Of a DNA stretch of 56,456 nucleotides, positions 27,237 to 37,600 are shown piece after piece (positions within the stretch are counted from its first letter, which is position 1; each line of letters starts with the position of its first letter). The stretch covers positions 1-56,456 of the forward strand of contig CAYIOP010000004.1 of NCBI GenBank assembly GCA_964365185.1, read 5' to 3'. The position numbers and the translations under genes are program-made. A model generated the notes under the pieces. That model made no database searches, was not told where the DNA came from, and was given only the letters and a program-made list of their open reading frames with translations. This DNA comes from an uncultured Candidatus Saccharibacteria bacterium. Lineage in GTDB: Bacteria; Patescibacteriota; Minisyncoccia; UBA6257; 2-01-FULL-56-20.

Positions 27237-28493
27237 ATGAAAAAAAAGAAACCGAAATTAAAACCACGGAAAATTGGCAAAGTTAAAAAACCTAAATCCA
27301 AGGCGAAAAAAGTTTTAAAAAAAGTTGCCAAAAAATTGGTTAAAAAACCAAAAAAAGCCAAAGTTTTAAAAGCCAAAAAAACCCCTGCGCCCAAAGTCCC
27401 TAAAAAAAGCAAAAAGGACTTAGACGAAACCGCCTTAAACGAACTTATCGAAACTGGCCGTCCGCGTGGTTTTGTGACCGACAATGAAATTCTTTATTAC
27501 TTTCCTAGAGTTGAGGAGGATTTATTTTTCCTCGAAGAAATTTACAACCGGCTCGAGAAAGCCGGCATTAAAGTCATCGAAACTACGGCTTTAATCGATA
27601 TCTCCAAAGATGAACCTTCTGAAAACGAATTAAAAAATATTGGTAAATTCGACACCGATGTGCCGGACGCCGTGCAAATGTATCTAAAAGAAATCGGCCG
27701 CACCCCGCTTTTAACCAAGGACGAAGAAAGAGATCTCGCCAAACGCTTGGAGCAAGGCGACGAAGAAGCCCGCCAAAAACTCATCAAAGCCAATTTGCGT
27801 TTAGTGGTCTCGATTGCTAAGCGTTACGCTAACCGCACGCCGCACTTAAGCATTCTGGACTTAACCCAAGAGGGAAATTTAGGGCTCGCCCGGGCAGTTG
27901 AAAAATTCGACTATCGCAAAGGGTTTAAATTCTCCACCTACGCCACTTGGTGGATTCGTCAGGCCATCACCCGCGCTCTGGCCGACCAGTCGCGCACCAT
28001 TCGTATTCCCGTGCATATGGTTGAGACCATTTCCAAATACACCCAAGTTCGCCGCCAATTAATGCAAGAGTTGGGCCGCGACCCTTTGGCCGAAGAAATC
28101 GCCTCCGAAATGAGCGTGGATGTGGAAAAAATCCGCCACATCCAAAAAATTTCCCAAGAAGTTCTCTCTATCGAATCACCGGTGGGCGAAGACGACGACT
28201 CCACTCTCTCCGATTTTATTCCAGATGAAAAAAATTCCTCGCCCTCACAACTAGTTACCCAGTCCTTGCTTCGGGACTTAATCAAAGAAGTTTTGGTGGA
28301 TTTAGCTGATCGGGAACAGAAAATTTTAAAAATGCGTTTTGGTTTAGAGGACGGCGTCTCTCATACCCTAGAAGAAGTGGGTAAGGTCTTCGGCGTCACC
28401 CGTGAGCGTATCCGTCAGATTGAAGCTAAGGCGCTTGAAAAAATCCGCGAGCACCACCACTCTGATGCCTTAAGAAGTTTTGATCAACTTTAG
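27237..28493 (+). CDS. rpoD: primary sigma-70 factor with a lysine-rich N-terminal tail
   Basis: Region 2 ([14 protein letters not shown]), region 3, region 4.2 ([23 protein letters not shown]), and the dnaG-rpoD linkage. Confidence 0.95.
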   Translation: MKKKKPKLKPRKIGKVKKPKSKAKKVLKKVAKKLVKKPKKAKVLKAKKTPAPKVPKKSKKDLDETALNELIETGRPRGFVTDNEILYYFPRVEEDLFFLEEIYNRLEKAGIKVIETTALIDISKDEPSENELKNIGKFDTDVPDAVQMYLKEIGRTPLLTKDEERDLAKRLEQGDEEARQKLIKANLRLVVSIAKRYANRTPHLSILDLTQEGNLGLARAVEKFDYRKGFKFSTYATWWIRQAITRALADQSRTIRIPVHMVETISKYTQVRRQLMQELGRDPLAEEIASEMSVDVEKIRHIQKISQEVLSIESPVGEDDDSTLSDFIPDEKNSSPSQLVTQSLLRDLIKEVLVDLADREQKILKMRFGLEDGVSHTLEEVGKVFGVTRERIRQIEAKALEKIREHHHSDALRSFDQL

Positions 28494-28524
28494 CTTTTTC
28501 GTACTTTAGTATATTTCCGCAATT

Positions 28525-30279
28525 ATGATTAGCTCAAGTGAAATAAGAAATAAATTTCTGGAATTTTTTAAAAAGCGTGACCACGCTATTGTACCGTCTT
28601 CTTCTTTAATTCCAGCCGATTCCTCGGTACTTTTAACCACCGCCGGCATGCAACAGTTTAAATCCTATTTTACCGGCGAGAATAATCCCGAAAATGACTT
28701 TAAAAGTAAAAATACCGTCTCGATTCAAAAATGTTTTCGCACCTCGGATATTGATGAAGTGGGGGACGAAACCCACCTCACTTTTTTTGAGATGCTCGGC
28801 AATTTCAGTTTTGGCGGCTATTTCAAAGAGCAGGCGATTAAGTTGGCGCACGAATTTATCACTCAAGAACTAGGGCTTGAAATTGATTATGTGAGCGTTT
28901 TTGTAGGCGACCCGGCAGCTGCCGGAGCCACCGCCGGAGCCGGAGTGTCCAAAGACGAAGAATCCGAAAAAATCTGGGGTTCTCTTGGGGTAAAAAATAT
29001 CAAATTTGCAGGCCGCGAAGATAACTTTTGGGGTCCCACTGGGAGCGAAGGCCCGTGCGGCCCCACCACCGAGATTTACGTGAATGGCGTTGAGGTCTGG
29101 AATATTGTTTTTAACGAGTATTACCAAGATTTAAGCGGAAAACTTGAGCCATTAAAACAAAAAGGCGTGGACACTGGCATGGGCTTGGAACGACTGGCGA
29201 TGGTGATACAGAATAAATCAAATCTTTTTGAGACAGATTTGTTTGAGCTGATTTTTAAAATCCTGCCGGCTGAAATGGACGCTAAAACCAAAAGAATTTT
29301 TGCCGACCACGCCCGGGGCATTTATTTTTTAATTTCTGATGGCGTTAGGCCTTCGAATAAAGAAGCGGGTTATATTTTGCGCCGTTTAATGCGTCGGCTA
29401 ATTTCATATCAAGCGAGCGTTGATATTTCTAAAATTTTTAAAGCCATAGTAGAAAATTATAGCGATTTTTATAAAGAGCTAAATCTTAAAATTGTTCTAA
29501 GTATTTTTGAAGAAGAAAATCAAAAATTTTCTAAAACCCTTTCCACTGGCCTTAAAGAATTATCAAAGCTTAAAGAAATAAACGCCCAATCCGCTTTTAA
29601 ACTATATGAAAGTTTTGGTCTGCCTTATGAAACCATCAAAGAAGTTGACGCCGGCAAAGCTAAAAACTTAACTCGCGAAGAATTTGATGAAGAGTTTAAA
29701 AAACATCAAGCTATCTCCCGCGCTGGGGCAGAGAAAAAATTCGGCGGTCACGGCTTGATTTTAAACACTGGTGAACTCAAAGCAGGGAGTGAGGAGGAAC
29801 TGCAAAAAGTGCTTCGGCTTCACACCGCCACTCACTTGCTCCAGCAAGCCCTGCGAGAAGTTTTAAGCAAAGAAGTAAGTCAAGCCGGCTCGGACATCAC
29901 TCCCGAACGCACTCGTTTTGATTTTAATTTTTCAAGGAAATTAACGCCCGAAGAAATCAAAAAAGTTGAAGGTTTGGTCAATCAAAAAATCAAAGAAGAC
30001 CTGCCGGTTAATTTTGTGGAACTACCCAAAAGCGAAGCCGAGAAAACCGGCGCCTTGCATTTTTTTTCCGCTAAAGGCGGATCCGCCTCCGGCGGAAAGG
30101 AAAAATATCCTGACAAAGTAAAAGTTTATTATGTCGGCCGTTCGCTAGAGGACGCTTGGAGCAAGGAGTTCTGCGGGGGACCGCATGTTGATCATACGGG
30201 TGTTATCGGTAAATTTAAAATAATTAAGGAAGAGGCCGTTGGACAAGATATAAGAAGAATCAGAGCCGTCGTTGAATAG
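28525..30279 (+). CDS. alaS: alanyl-tRNA synthetase, short form (584 aa) that appears to end after the editing domain
   Basis: FEMLGNFSFGGYFK and GMGLERL, plus editing-domain HTATHLL and CGGPHV. The ORF ends soon after the editing domain. Confidence 0.95.
   Translation: MISSSEIRNKFLEFFKKRDHAIVPSSSLIPADSSVLLTTAGMQQFKSYFTGENNPENDFKSKNTVSIQKCFRTSDIDEVGDETHLTFFEMLGNFSFGGYFKEQAIKLAHEFITQELGLEIDYVSVFVGDPAAAGATAGAGVSKDEESEKIWGSLGVKNIKFAGREDNFWGPTGSEGPCGPTTEIYVNGVEVWNIVFNEYYQDLSGKLEPLKQKGVDTGMGLERLAMVIQNKSNLFETDLFELIFKILPAEMDAKTKRIFADHARGIYFLISDGVRPSNKEAGYILRRLMRRLISYQASVDISKIFKAIVENYSDFYKELNLKIVLSIFEEENQKFSKTLSTGLKELSKLKEINAQSAFKLYESFGLPYETIKEVDAGKAKNLTREEFDEEFKKHQAISRAGAEKKFGGHGLILNTGELKAGSEEELQKVLRLHTATHLLQQALREVLSKEVSQAGSDITPERTRFDFNFSRKLTPEEIKKVEGLVNQKIKEDLPVNFVELPKSEAEKTGALHFFSAKGGSASGGKEKYPDKVKVYYVGRSLEDAWSKEFCGGPHVDHTGVIGKFKIIKEEAVGQDIRRIRAVVE
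30067..30096. repeat. 30-nt double-hairpin element, copy 3 (in alaS, in frame)
   Basis: TCCGCTAAAGGCGGA + TCCGCCTCCGGCGGA. It encodes SAKGGSASGG and splits the conserved GAL.FF/KEKY segment. Confidence 0.85.
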
Positions 30280-30286
30280 CTTCCAC

Positions 30287-30318
30287 GACATTTTAAGAGA
30301 ATATTCTCTTAAAATGTC
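30287..30318. repeat. 32-nt perfect palindrome 8 nt after the alaS stop
   Basis: GACATTTTAAGAGAAT|ATTCTCTTAAAATGTC with no T-run. Confidence 0.7.
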
Positions 30319-30526
30319 ATGGCTTGCTTTTCTCATATTTAATACTAAAATACAAATTAGCAGAACCTGTGCCAGATTTACCCTTTGGATCACAAACCTG
30401 GAGGTGTGAAGCTATGAAGTTTTTAATCTGATGATTAAGTAACCTCAACTGGTTAACATTGAAAGTATCTTCTTTCTTCTTATGCGGTTCCCGTTTGCGT
30501 GCCGCAAGCAGGAGAAAGGAGAAATC

Positions 30527-30673
30527 ATGTTTTACTCTGGCGCTGGTACTAATTGTTCGCCGTTCGTCTTTTGGGTGAAAGCGGCGACTGCTGATAATCC
30601 CTCGCGATTCCGGATGGTATACTTTTTCACAACGCGAGCGGGTTGTCGGTCAATCGGCTGGATTGATTTCTAG
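30527..30673 (+). CDS. 48-aa hypothetical peptide (MFYSGAGTNCSPFVFWVKAATADNPSRFRMVYFFTTRAGCRSIGWIDF)
   Basis: AAAGGAG SD 5 nt upstream, a clean terminator right after the stop, and locally higher G+C. Confidence 0.35.
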   Translation: MFYSGAGTNCSPFVFWVKAATADNPSRFRMVYFFTTRAGCRSIGWIDF

Positions 30674-30679
30674 CCAAAA

Positions 30680-30703
30680 GGGAGACAAATGTCTCCCTTT
30701 TTT
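30680..30703 (+). terminator. intrinsic terminator
   Basis: GGGAGAC-AAAT-GTCTCCC followed by TTTTTT. Confidence 0.65.
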
Positions 30704-31286
30704 ATCCCTCACTAAACAAACATCTTTGTTTCATTTCTACTCCGGAGCGAATTTTATGTTCCAGAGAAGCTACCGGAGGCATTACGAGATTGGTTTTTTG
30801 CCGCTAGGTAAAAATCGTAATGCCGAGATGCAGGCGCGTATTTTCCGCTGGAGAAAATACGACGCCGGTTCTCTGGATCATAAAATGAGGAGACCTCTAA
30901 CGGGGTTGACAAAAAATTCCTTAGAGTTATCCTAAAAACAGTGCCTATGTAATCGCTTTGCTTTCTTTAAAATTCCCTCTGAGAAAAGGGAATAAGAAAA
31001 CTTAGCGGCCAACATAGAGTCAAATAATTCTATCCGTCAAGCAGATTCTCGGTGTTTACGTCGAGGGTTTGCCAACAAGTGGGAGTGGTCTGTTGTCGCT
31101 GCAACACCCACTCCTTTTTATTTCTTGACAAAAATTATGTAAAAACAAAAAATAATAATGCCTCAGTATTAAGGCCTCCGGTCTGTGCTGATGTTTCGAA
31201 AGATAAATCCTAACTACCATTAGAGATTTATCAGAGGGGTGGTTTCTAGCAGAATCACTCCTTTTTTATTTTTCCGGGGTTTATAT

Positions 31287-31318
31287 CTATTCTAATGTTC
31301 TCAAGAACATTAGAATAG
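31287..31318. repeat. 32-nt palindromic element (CTATTCTAATGTTCT-CA-AGAACATTAGAATAG)
   Basis: Perfect 15-bp arms. Same family as the copy inside miaA (9746-9777). Confidence 0.75.
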
Positions 31319-31349
31319 AGTTTACGCAGTGGGCGAAGAAGGGGACTTA

Positions 31350-31406
31350 AACATTCCAACATTCTGACTTGTCCTGAGCTTGTCGAAGGAAGAATGTTGG
31401 AATGTT
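31350..31406. repeat. 16-bp inverted repeat (AACATTCCAACATTCT / AGAATGTTGGAATGTT) around a 25-nt loop
   Basis: Arms at 31350-31365 and 31391-31406. They are related to the palindrome at 40137-40172. The loop contains CTTGTC twice. Confidence 0.75.
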
Positions 31407-31461
31407 GGAAAACTGAACAAGTATTGCCAAAAGATATTAGTCGGGTAATATATAAGCCGTA

Positions 31462-34400
31462 ATGAAGAGTAATAAAATCGCCAATATCTTAGTTTTAACA
31501 ACTCTATTCGCCGGATTTTGGCCCTTTTCAGTCATTCCGGCTGAAATAGATAAAACTCATTCTACCCCTTATCAAATCCCAGAAGATGTTAAAATTTTGG
31601 ATTCGGTTAAGATTGATTCTTCTAAAATTTATCGTCCCTCTCCCGAAGAAAAATCTGATTTCAAATTAGAACCCGCCAAAATTAAAATTCTTGAGACCAA
31701 AAATAAAACCACTGATTCAAGAGACGTTATTCCAGATCCGGTTTCGGCTGGCCTTCATTTCTTAGTACAAAATCAAAATGCCGACGGTTCTTTTAGTAAT
31801 AACTCCAAGACAAGATTAATTAATACTTTTGCCGCCACTGAAATTTTAGGCAATTTAAACCAGAAAATCTCTGGCTCTGACCAACCTTTAATAAATCAAA
31901 GCTATCCTTCTTCGACTAATTGGCTGAACTTTTCTTTTCCAGAAAACAATGACTATCTCGCTCAAAAAATTTCGGTCTTAGCTGAAGCCAGCGAAGAAAT
32001 GTCCGACCCAATGGATTATCTCGCGGGCCAAATCAATGAAACCAATCTCGCTTTTGGTTTCAAAAAACAATTTTCCCCAGATGTTATTACCACAGCCCGA
32101 GTTTTAAAAGCCATTGCCAAAACCAATTATCAAGATGCCGGCTCTGACTCGCAGTTTACTCTCAAAGCCGCTCTGCTCTATATTTTAAATTCCCAAAGTT
32201 TAGATGGCGGCTGGCCAGAAATTGACGGTGAAACCAGCTCTATTTATGCCACTAACATCATTCTTGAAGCCCTAAGGCCCTATCAAAACATCACCATCGA
32301 AGGCCTTCCCGGTGGCGACACAATTCTTCCAACTAAAATCAATCTCGGCTTTAATTTCCTAAAAAGTAATCAATATTTCTGGGGTTCCTGGCAGGATAAC
32401 TTGCTTCTCACCGCCTTATCCTTAAATAATTTTCTGTCTTACGCTAAAACCCCTACTTATTATGATTCCGCTCTTACTTATCTAAAAAATTCCCAGAGTC
32501 CGGACGGCAGCTTTGATTCGGGAAATATTTTTACTAGCTCCAAGGCCGTAAAATCGCTTGCCTATCCAGACGTTGCCGTGGTCGATATCCAAAATCCGCT
32601 TTCAGTTCCCAATCCTTCAGCTGTTATTTGGGCCACCATCGAAAATAAGGGCTATCTTAACTCCGATGTTTTAAATCTCTCTGCCGCGCCTAGCGCCTTC
32701 TCCTTATTTGTTGACGGCGAAGAAGTTAATCTCGATTTTAGCGACGCTCCGCCGACCGCTATTTTTGAACCCGGCTCGCAAGTTATTTTCCAAATCGAAT
32801 TTTCCAAGCCGATTTTTGGCGAACACGACCTTAAATTTAAAATCAATCACCCCGGACCGGAATTTTATAAAAACAATAACGAGCTTACCAAACCCATTGC
32901 CTTTGACAGCGAACAATTTAGCGGACCCCAACCTCCGCCTTGGCTTGGCGCTTCTTCTGGCTCTGGTCCTGGTGAGATTACTTTAAGATGGCAGCAATCA
33001 AACGACCCTAATCGAGATCACTACGTTCTCTATGGTAGTTCCGCGAGCGGTCTCTACAATCCCGATATTCCTCTCTACATTTTCCCACCCGGAAATTTCG
33101 CCGGCATCACTTTTTATTTTGATAATCCAGCCGACTACGATAAACAATTTTATTTCACAATTGTCTCATTTGACTCAAGCGGCAACCGCGGCAACTATTC
33201 CAAAGAATCCTATGCTAAGGCCTACGCTGACCCGGAAAATTATCGCGGCACCGTATCTGGTCGGGTTTTCGATAAAGTCACCAATCAAAATCTTGCGGAT
33301 GTTGAACTAAGCTTTTTCCTTATCAATGAGTGGTATACCGATGCCTCGGGTAATTATTCTATCAATTATTACCCGGGTTTTTATCTTAATTCGGTTTATA
33401 AAACCGGTTATTATTCAGATGTTAGTGTTTTAGAGATTAAAACCCAAACCACGGATTCACGCGATTTCGGACTCGATCCGCTTTCAGATTATACTCCGCC
33501 CGCGCCGGTCTCTAATTTGCGCGGCGTCGCTTCTGATGGTCAAATTCGTCTGGACTGGGACGCCTATTCGCCTCCGCCCGACTTTAAAGAATTTAGAATT
33601 TATCGCTCGAATACATATTTCTATTCTCAATACTCCAGTCAACTTTTTGTCGTTGTTTCCAGTTCAGCCGCCACTTCATTTACGGATAACACAATTTCAA
33701 ATGGGATCAATTATTACTACGCCGTTGTCCCAAGGGATACCGCCGGCGGTGAGCCATCCATGCCCTCCCTTGGTCCTTTCAAAGGCAATTCGCGTCCGGT
33801 TGTCTCTAATTTTAGCGCCTCGCAAAGCGACCAATCAGTTAATCTTTACTATGATCTCTCTGATCAAGAAGGGGACTTAACTTTTGCGGCTTTCGAATTT
33901 TGGAACGGTTCCAATTGGCAGGAAATTTCAGATGCCATTGGCGAAGGGTCATCTACTCCCGGCAGCGGTAAACTTGGCATTTGGAATGCTAAGTCAGAAT
34001 TTCCCAATTTCTCCGGCGAATCCAAAATTAGAATCAAAACCTGGAACGATGGCTATTTTGCCGATGCCGCCTATTTCGAATCCAACCCTTTTAACCTCGA
34101 TACCTTAAACCCAACCTCGCCGACAGTTAATAATTATTTTTCTCCCACCAACCAGTTCCATAAAACTTTCTCCGGTACTAAAGAGGCCAACTCTTCCGTT
34201 CTTTTTAATAATCAAACGGTCGCTGAACTATCCTCAAGCACCGATTGGTTCTACGCCGCCACACTCCAAGAAGGTGAAAATAATTTTACGGTTACCTCCA
34301 AGGACGCTTTTAAAAACCAAAGCGTCCCAACTCAGATCAACATCACTTACGATCCTAACTCTTACACCTGTGGCGATGTTGACAATAGCGGCGCCATCGA

Positions 34401-34653
34401 CGTCTCCGACATCGTCTACATCATCCAGTATATTTTCAACGACGGCCCCGCGCCCTCGCCGCTTATCTCGGCTGATGTGGATTTAAGCGGATCGGTTGAC
34501 GTAAGCGACGCGGTCTATTTCGTGCAATATATTTTTAACGATGGTCCAGCTCCTTGCGAGCCAAACACCTCTTTCAATCGCGAACCGTATCTTAATTGGA
34601 ATCTTGACCAAATCAATAATTATTTAAACGAACAAAAAATTAAAAATCGATGA
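31462..34653 (+). CDS. large secreted protein with prenyltransferase/terpene-cyclase-like repeats, FN3-like and carboxypeptidase-regulatory-like domains, and a C-terminal dockerin
   Basis: Signal-like N-terminus. Repeats QNQNADGSF, NSQSLDGGWPE, NSQSPDGSFDS. Also GTVSGRVFDKVTNQNLADV. Two dockerin repeats (GDVDNSGAIDVSDIVYIIQYIFNDGPAP and ADVDLSGSVDVSDAVYFVQYIFNDGPAP). Confidence 0.8.
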   Translation: MKSNKIANILVLTTLFAGFWPFSVIPAEIDKTHSTPYQIPEDVKILDSVKIDSSKIYRPSPEEKSDFKLEPAKIKILETKNKTTDSRDVIPDPVSAGLHFLVQNQNADGSFSNNSKTRLINTFAATEILGNLNQKISGSDQPLINQSYPSSTNWLNFSFPENNDYLAQKISVLAEASEEMSDPMDYLAGQINETNLAFGFKKQFSPDVITTARVLKAIAKTNYQDAGSDSQFTLKAALLYILNSQSLDGGWPEIDGETSSIYATNIILEALRPYQNITIEGLPGGDTILPTKINLGFNFLKSNQYFWGSWQDNLLLTALSLNNFLSYAKTPTYYDSALTYLKNSQSPDGSFDSGNIFTSSKAVKSLAYPDVAVVDIQNPLSVPNPSAVIWATIENKGYLNSDVLNLSAAPSAFSLFVDGEEVNLDFSDAPPTAIFEPGSQVIFQIEFSKPIFGEHDLKFKINHPGPEFYKNNNELTKPIAFDSEQFSGPQPPPWLGASSGSGPGEITLRWQQSNDPNRDHYVLYGSSASGLYNPDIPLYIFPPGNFAGITFYFDNPADYDKQFYFTIVSFDSSGNRGNYSKESYAKAYADPENYRGTVSGRVFDKVTNQNLADVELSFFLINEWYTDASGNYSINYYPGFYLNSVYKTGYYSDVSVLEIKTQTTDSRDFGLDPLSDYTPPAPVSNLRGVASDGQIRLDWDAYSPPPDFKEFRIYRSNTYFYSQYSSQLFVVVSSSAATSFTDNTISNGINYYYAVVPRDTAGGEPSMPSLGPFKGNSRPVVSNFSASQSDQSVNLYYDLSDQEGDLTFAAFEFWNGSNWQEISDAIGEGSSTPGSGKLGIWNAKSEFPNFSGESKIRIKTWNDGYFADAAYFESNPFNLDTLNPTSPTVNNYFSPTNQFHKTFSGTKEANSSVLFNNQTVAELSSSTDWFYAATLQEGENNFTVTSKDAFKNQSVPTQINITYDPNSYTCGDVDNSGAIDVSDIVYIIQYIFNDGPAPSPLISADVDLSGSVDVSDAVYFVQYIFNDGPAPCEPNTSFNREPYLNWNLDQINNYLNEQKIKNR

Positions 34654-37600
34654 ATAAATCTAAAATTATTATTGTAGGTTTTCTTATTTTGTCGTTTTTC
34701 GGGTCGAATTCGGGCCTGGCCGCCTTGGCTCCCGCGCCCGGCAATGATTCTGAAATAATTTCCAAGCCAGCTCCGCTCGCTCCCGAGGCGCCTGAACCTA
34801 AAACAATAATAGCGCCACCCTCATCCGGCGGCGGAATTATTCAACCTTCGGCTCCGGCCAAAACTTCGCTTCCAGCTCCGGATTCAAAAACGCTGAAGTC
34901 CAATTTAGATAAGATAAACGAAAATTTAGCGTCTTTCGTCGCCTCCAAATCCACGAAGGCCTCTCTGTCTTTAATTCAGGAGCTTGAGAAAAATTTAAGC
35001 CAAATTCAATCCGATTTAATCGGATTAAAACAAGAGCTCGAATCTAAAAATCTGTCATCTAAAATTATCGCTCGCCTCGACGACTTCCAAACCCGTTATC
35101 AAAACCAAATCACGCCGATTATAAATGGATTAAAAAAGGGCAATGACGCGGAAAAAGAAATCAAAAGTTTTCTCCAAAAACCAGAAGTAAAAATCGAAAA
35201 TCCCACTCCGTTTCGCGCCACCGAGTTTAAAGGCGAAATAAAAAAATTGCCGGTCTCCGAGTTTCCCAAAACCGCCCTGGCTCAAAAAGGGGATTTTATC
35301 AAAAACTTAGTCAATTCAACAGTTCTTAAATTCAAAGAGGTTTTCAACTCTTCAGATTCGCCGGCTTCGGCTTCTGATTCACCCGAACCATCTTCCGCTT
35401 CTTCGCCGGCCGAGCCGCGAACGCCGAATGTCTCGCCGCCGGCTCCTGGCGACACCCTCGAGGCCGAAGAAATTCAATTTACCGAAAATATCCGCAACCT
35501 GGCGACTGCTTTAGAAAACGACCCCTTAACCATTTTTAACTATGTGGCAAATAACGTTGATTACGTTCCCTACTATGGTTCCAAAAAAGGCGCTGATTCC
35601 ACTTTGCTTGAAAAACTGGGCAATGATTTTGACCAGGCCTCGCTTTTGATTGGTCTTCTAAGGGTCGGGAATGGACAAGGTCAAAATCAAACTCCAGCTC
35701 GTTATCGCCAGGCAACCGTCAAACTCGATGTCGGCCGGGTAATGGATTTATTGGGAGTTGAAGATCCAATCGTGGCCGCCACAATTTTTGAAAAAACCGG
35801 CGTGCCCTATATTTTATACGCCGATCAAAATCAAACCCCGCAATTTTTTGTTTTGGAATTAACTTATGTCGAGGCCTACGTGGACTACGACTACACTCGT
35901 GGAATAATCCAGGGCAATCCCGGCGCCACCAAACGTTGGGTGCCGCTTATGCCGTTCCTCGCCAAATTTTACAAAAGCCAATATCTAAATGTTTTAGACG
36001 AGATGAATTTTGATATTTCCGTTTTTTATGAAAACTATTTAAACGGCGGCTACGGCGAACAAAAACCCATCGCGGCGCTAAAAGGCGAAATTCAGAATTA
36101 TATTTCCGCGAACCATCCGGATTTAACTCCCGAAGACACTTATGTCCAAACCTATCGAAGTGAAGAGGATTTGGAATTTTTGCCGCTCACTTTGCCGGTT
36201 GAAGTGGTCGGCGACTCGGGCGCGTTTAGCGCCGCGCCGGAAAATCTAAAACATCGACTTGAATTTTCGGTTGAATCGGGCGACGGCAGCCAAGGTCTTC
36301 TTAGTTACATTTCAAATGTCTCTGGTATTTCAAATAAAGAACTTACTTTGGAATATGTCGCCGCCACTCCTGAAGACCAAGCCGTGATTGACAGTTTTCC
36401 CACCATTTACGATGTGGTGCCGCTCTCGCTGGTGAATGTAAAACCAGTGATTAAAGTAAACGGCGAAATTCGCTCGGGCGGGGGAGCGGCTAGTCCCGAA
36501 GTTCAGATGGGCCGAGAAAATAAACTTAAAATCATTTTCAAGTCGCCGAGTAAAAATATCGGTTATCCGGTTTTGGAAAAAATTGCCGAGACCGTCGAAA
36601 AGGCCAATATTGCTGGCAATGTCGAGGCCATTGCGATAAACACCGATCACATCGCGCCGCCCGAAATTCGCCCGAGCGCGGACACACAAAGTTTATCCGC
36701 TGTCGCCAATCAAAAACTTTATAAAACCGCCGAAAATTTCTTGTATCGTTTGCAATCATCTCACGACGAACTCTCCCGTATCACCGGCGGGCGCTTCACT
36801 AATTCCGCCACCCGCGCTGTTGTTTTCAACGGCCTCGAAGTTAGCTATCAAAGCGGCGAGCCCTATTCTTTTTCTTGGCAGGGCCTTCGCATCGACGCTT
36901 CTTCTTTAATTAACTACTACTCCTATTTTTCTCAAAATCCCGAGCATCATCAAAAAGAGTTTATGCATGTTTTCGGCCTCGAGGCCTCGCAGGATGAAGC
37001 CGATATTTTTGAGGATGACTACAATATAGAATCCATCTCTACCGTAAAGGGCCTAAAGCTCATCAATCAAAACCAAATCCCGGGAATTCAGGTGAAAAAA
37101 ATTACTTCCGCAAATGAAAGTGAAATCAATGCGCTTGGTATTTCCGACTCCACTAAAACCAAACTTAGAAACGCGGTTCATCAGGGCCATATTGTCTATG
37201 TGCCGAGCGCTAACTTTATTTATCAATCTTGGAATGGACTCATCTATATCAATATTGACCCCGCGACCGGATTTGGCGAATACATTATCGGTGAAGGATT
37301 AAACGGGGGATATACCGTGGAACAGTGGCCTGACGGCTGGCAACATTTCTGGCGAGATCATTTGATTTATAACCTTACGGCGACAATTCAAAGTCCTATC
37401 GCCGGACAGATTTTTATGCAGGACGATCTTATTCCTTGGCAGGCCTATTATCGAGGAGATACTTCTGTTCCAGGGCTACCAACCGAATGGTATGACATAG
37501 TTAATTTAGATTTTTCTAACGCGCCCTCTGGTCCAGCCACTCTAAAAAGCGGGTATGGCACAAACCAAAGCGTGCAAATTATTTTAAAGGGAGACACCGT

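Noticed and set aside
27230-27484. 84-aa Phe/Leu-rich minus-strand ORF.
   Set aside because: It is the complement of the AAA/AAG-rich lysine tail of rpoD, so it is a compositional artefact.
30663-30935. 90-aa ORF in the non-coding region upstream of the surface-protein operon.
   Set aside because: Its 5' part reads through the terminator hairpin of the preceding small ORF. Only the shorter version from the ATG at 30755 has even a weak SD, and nothing else supports it as coding.
34370-34560. The two dockerin segments, considered as a recent tandem DNA duplication or repeat.
   Set aside because: The similarity is at the protein level (QYIFNDGPAP and DxDxSGxxDVSD). The nucleotide sequences have diverged at many synonymous positions, as expected for an ordinary duplicated dockerin domain.
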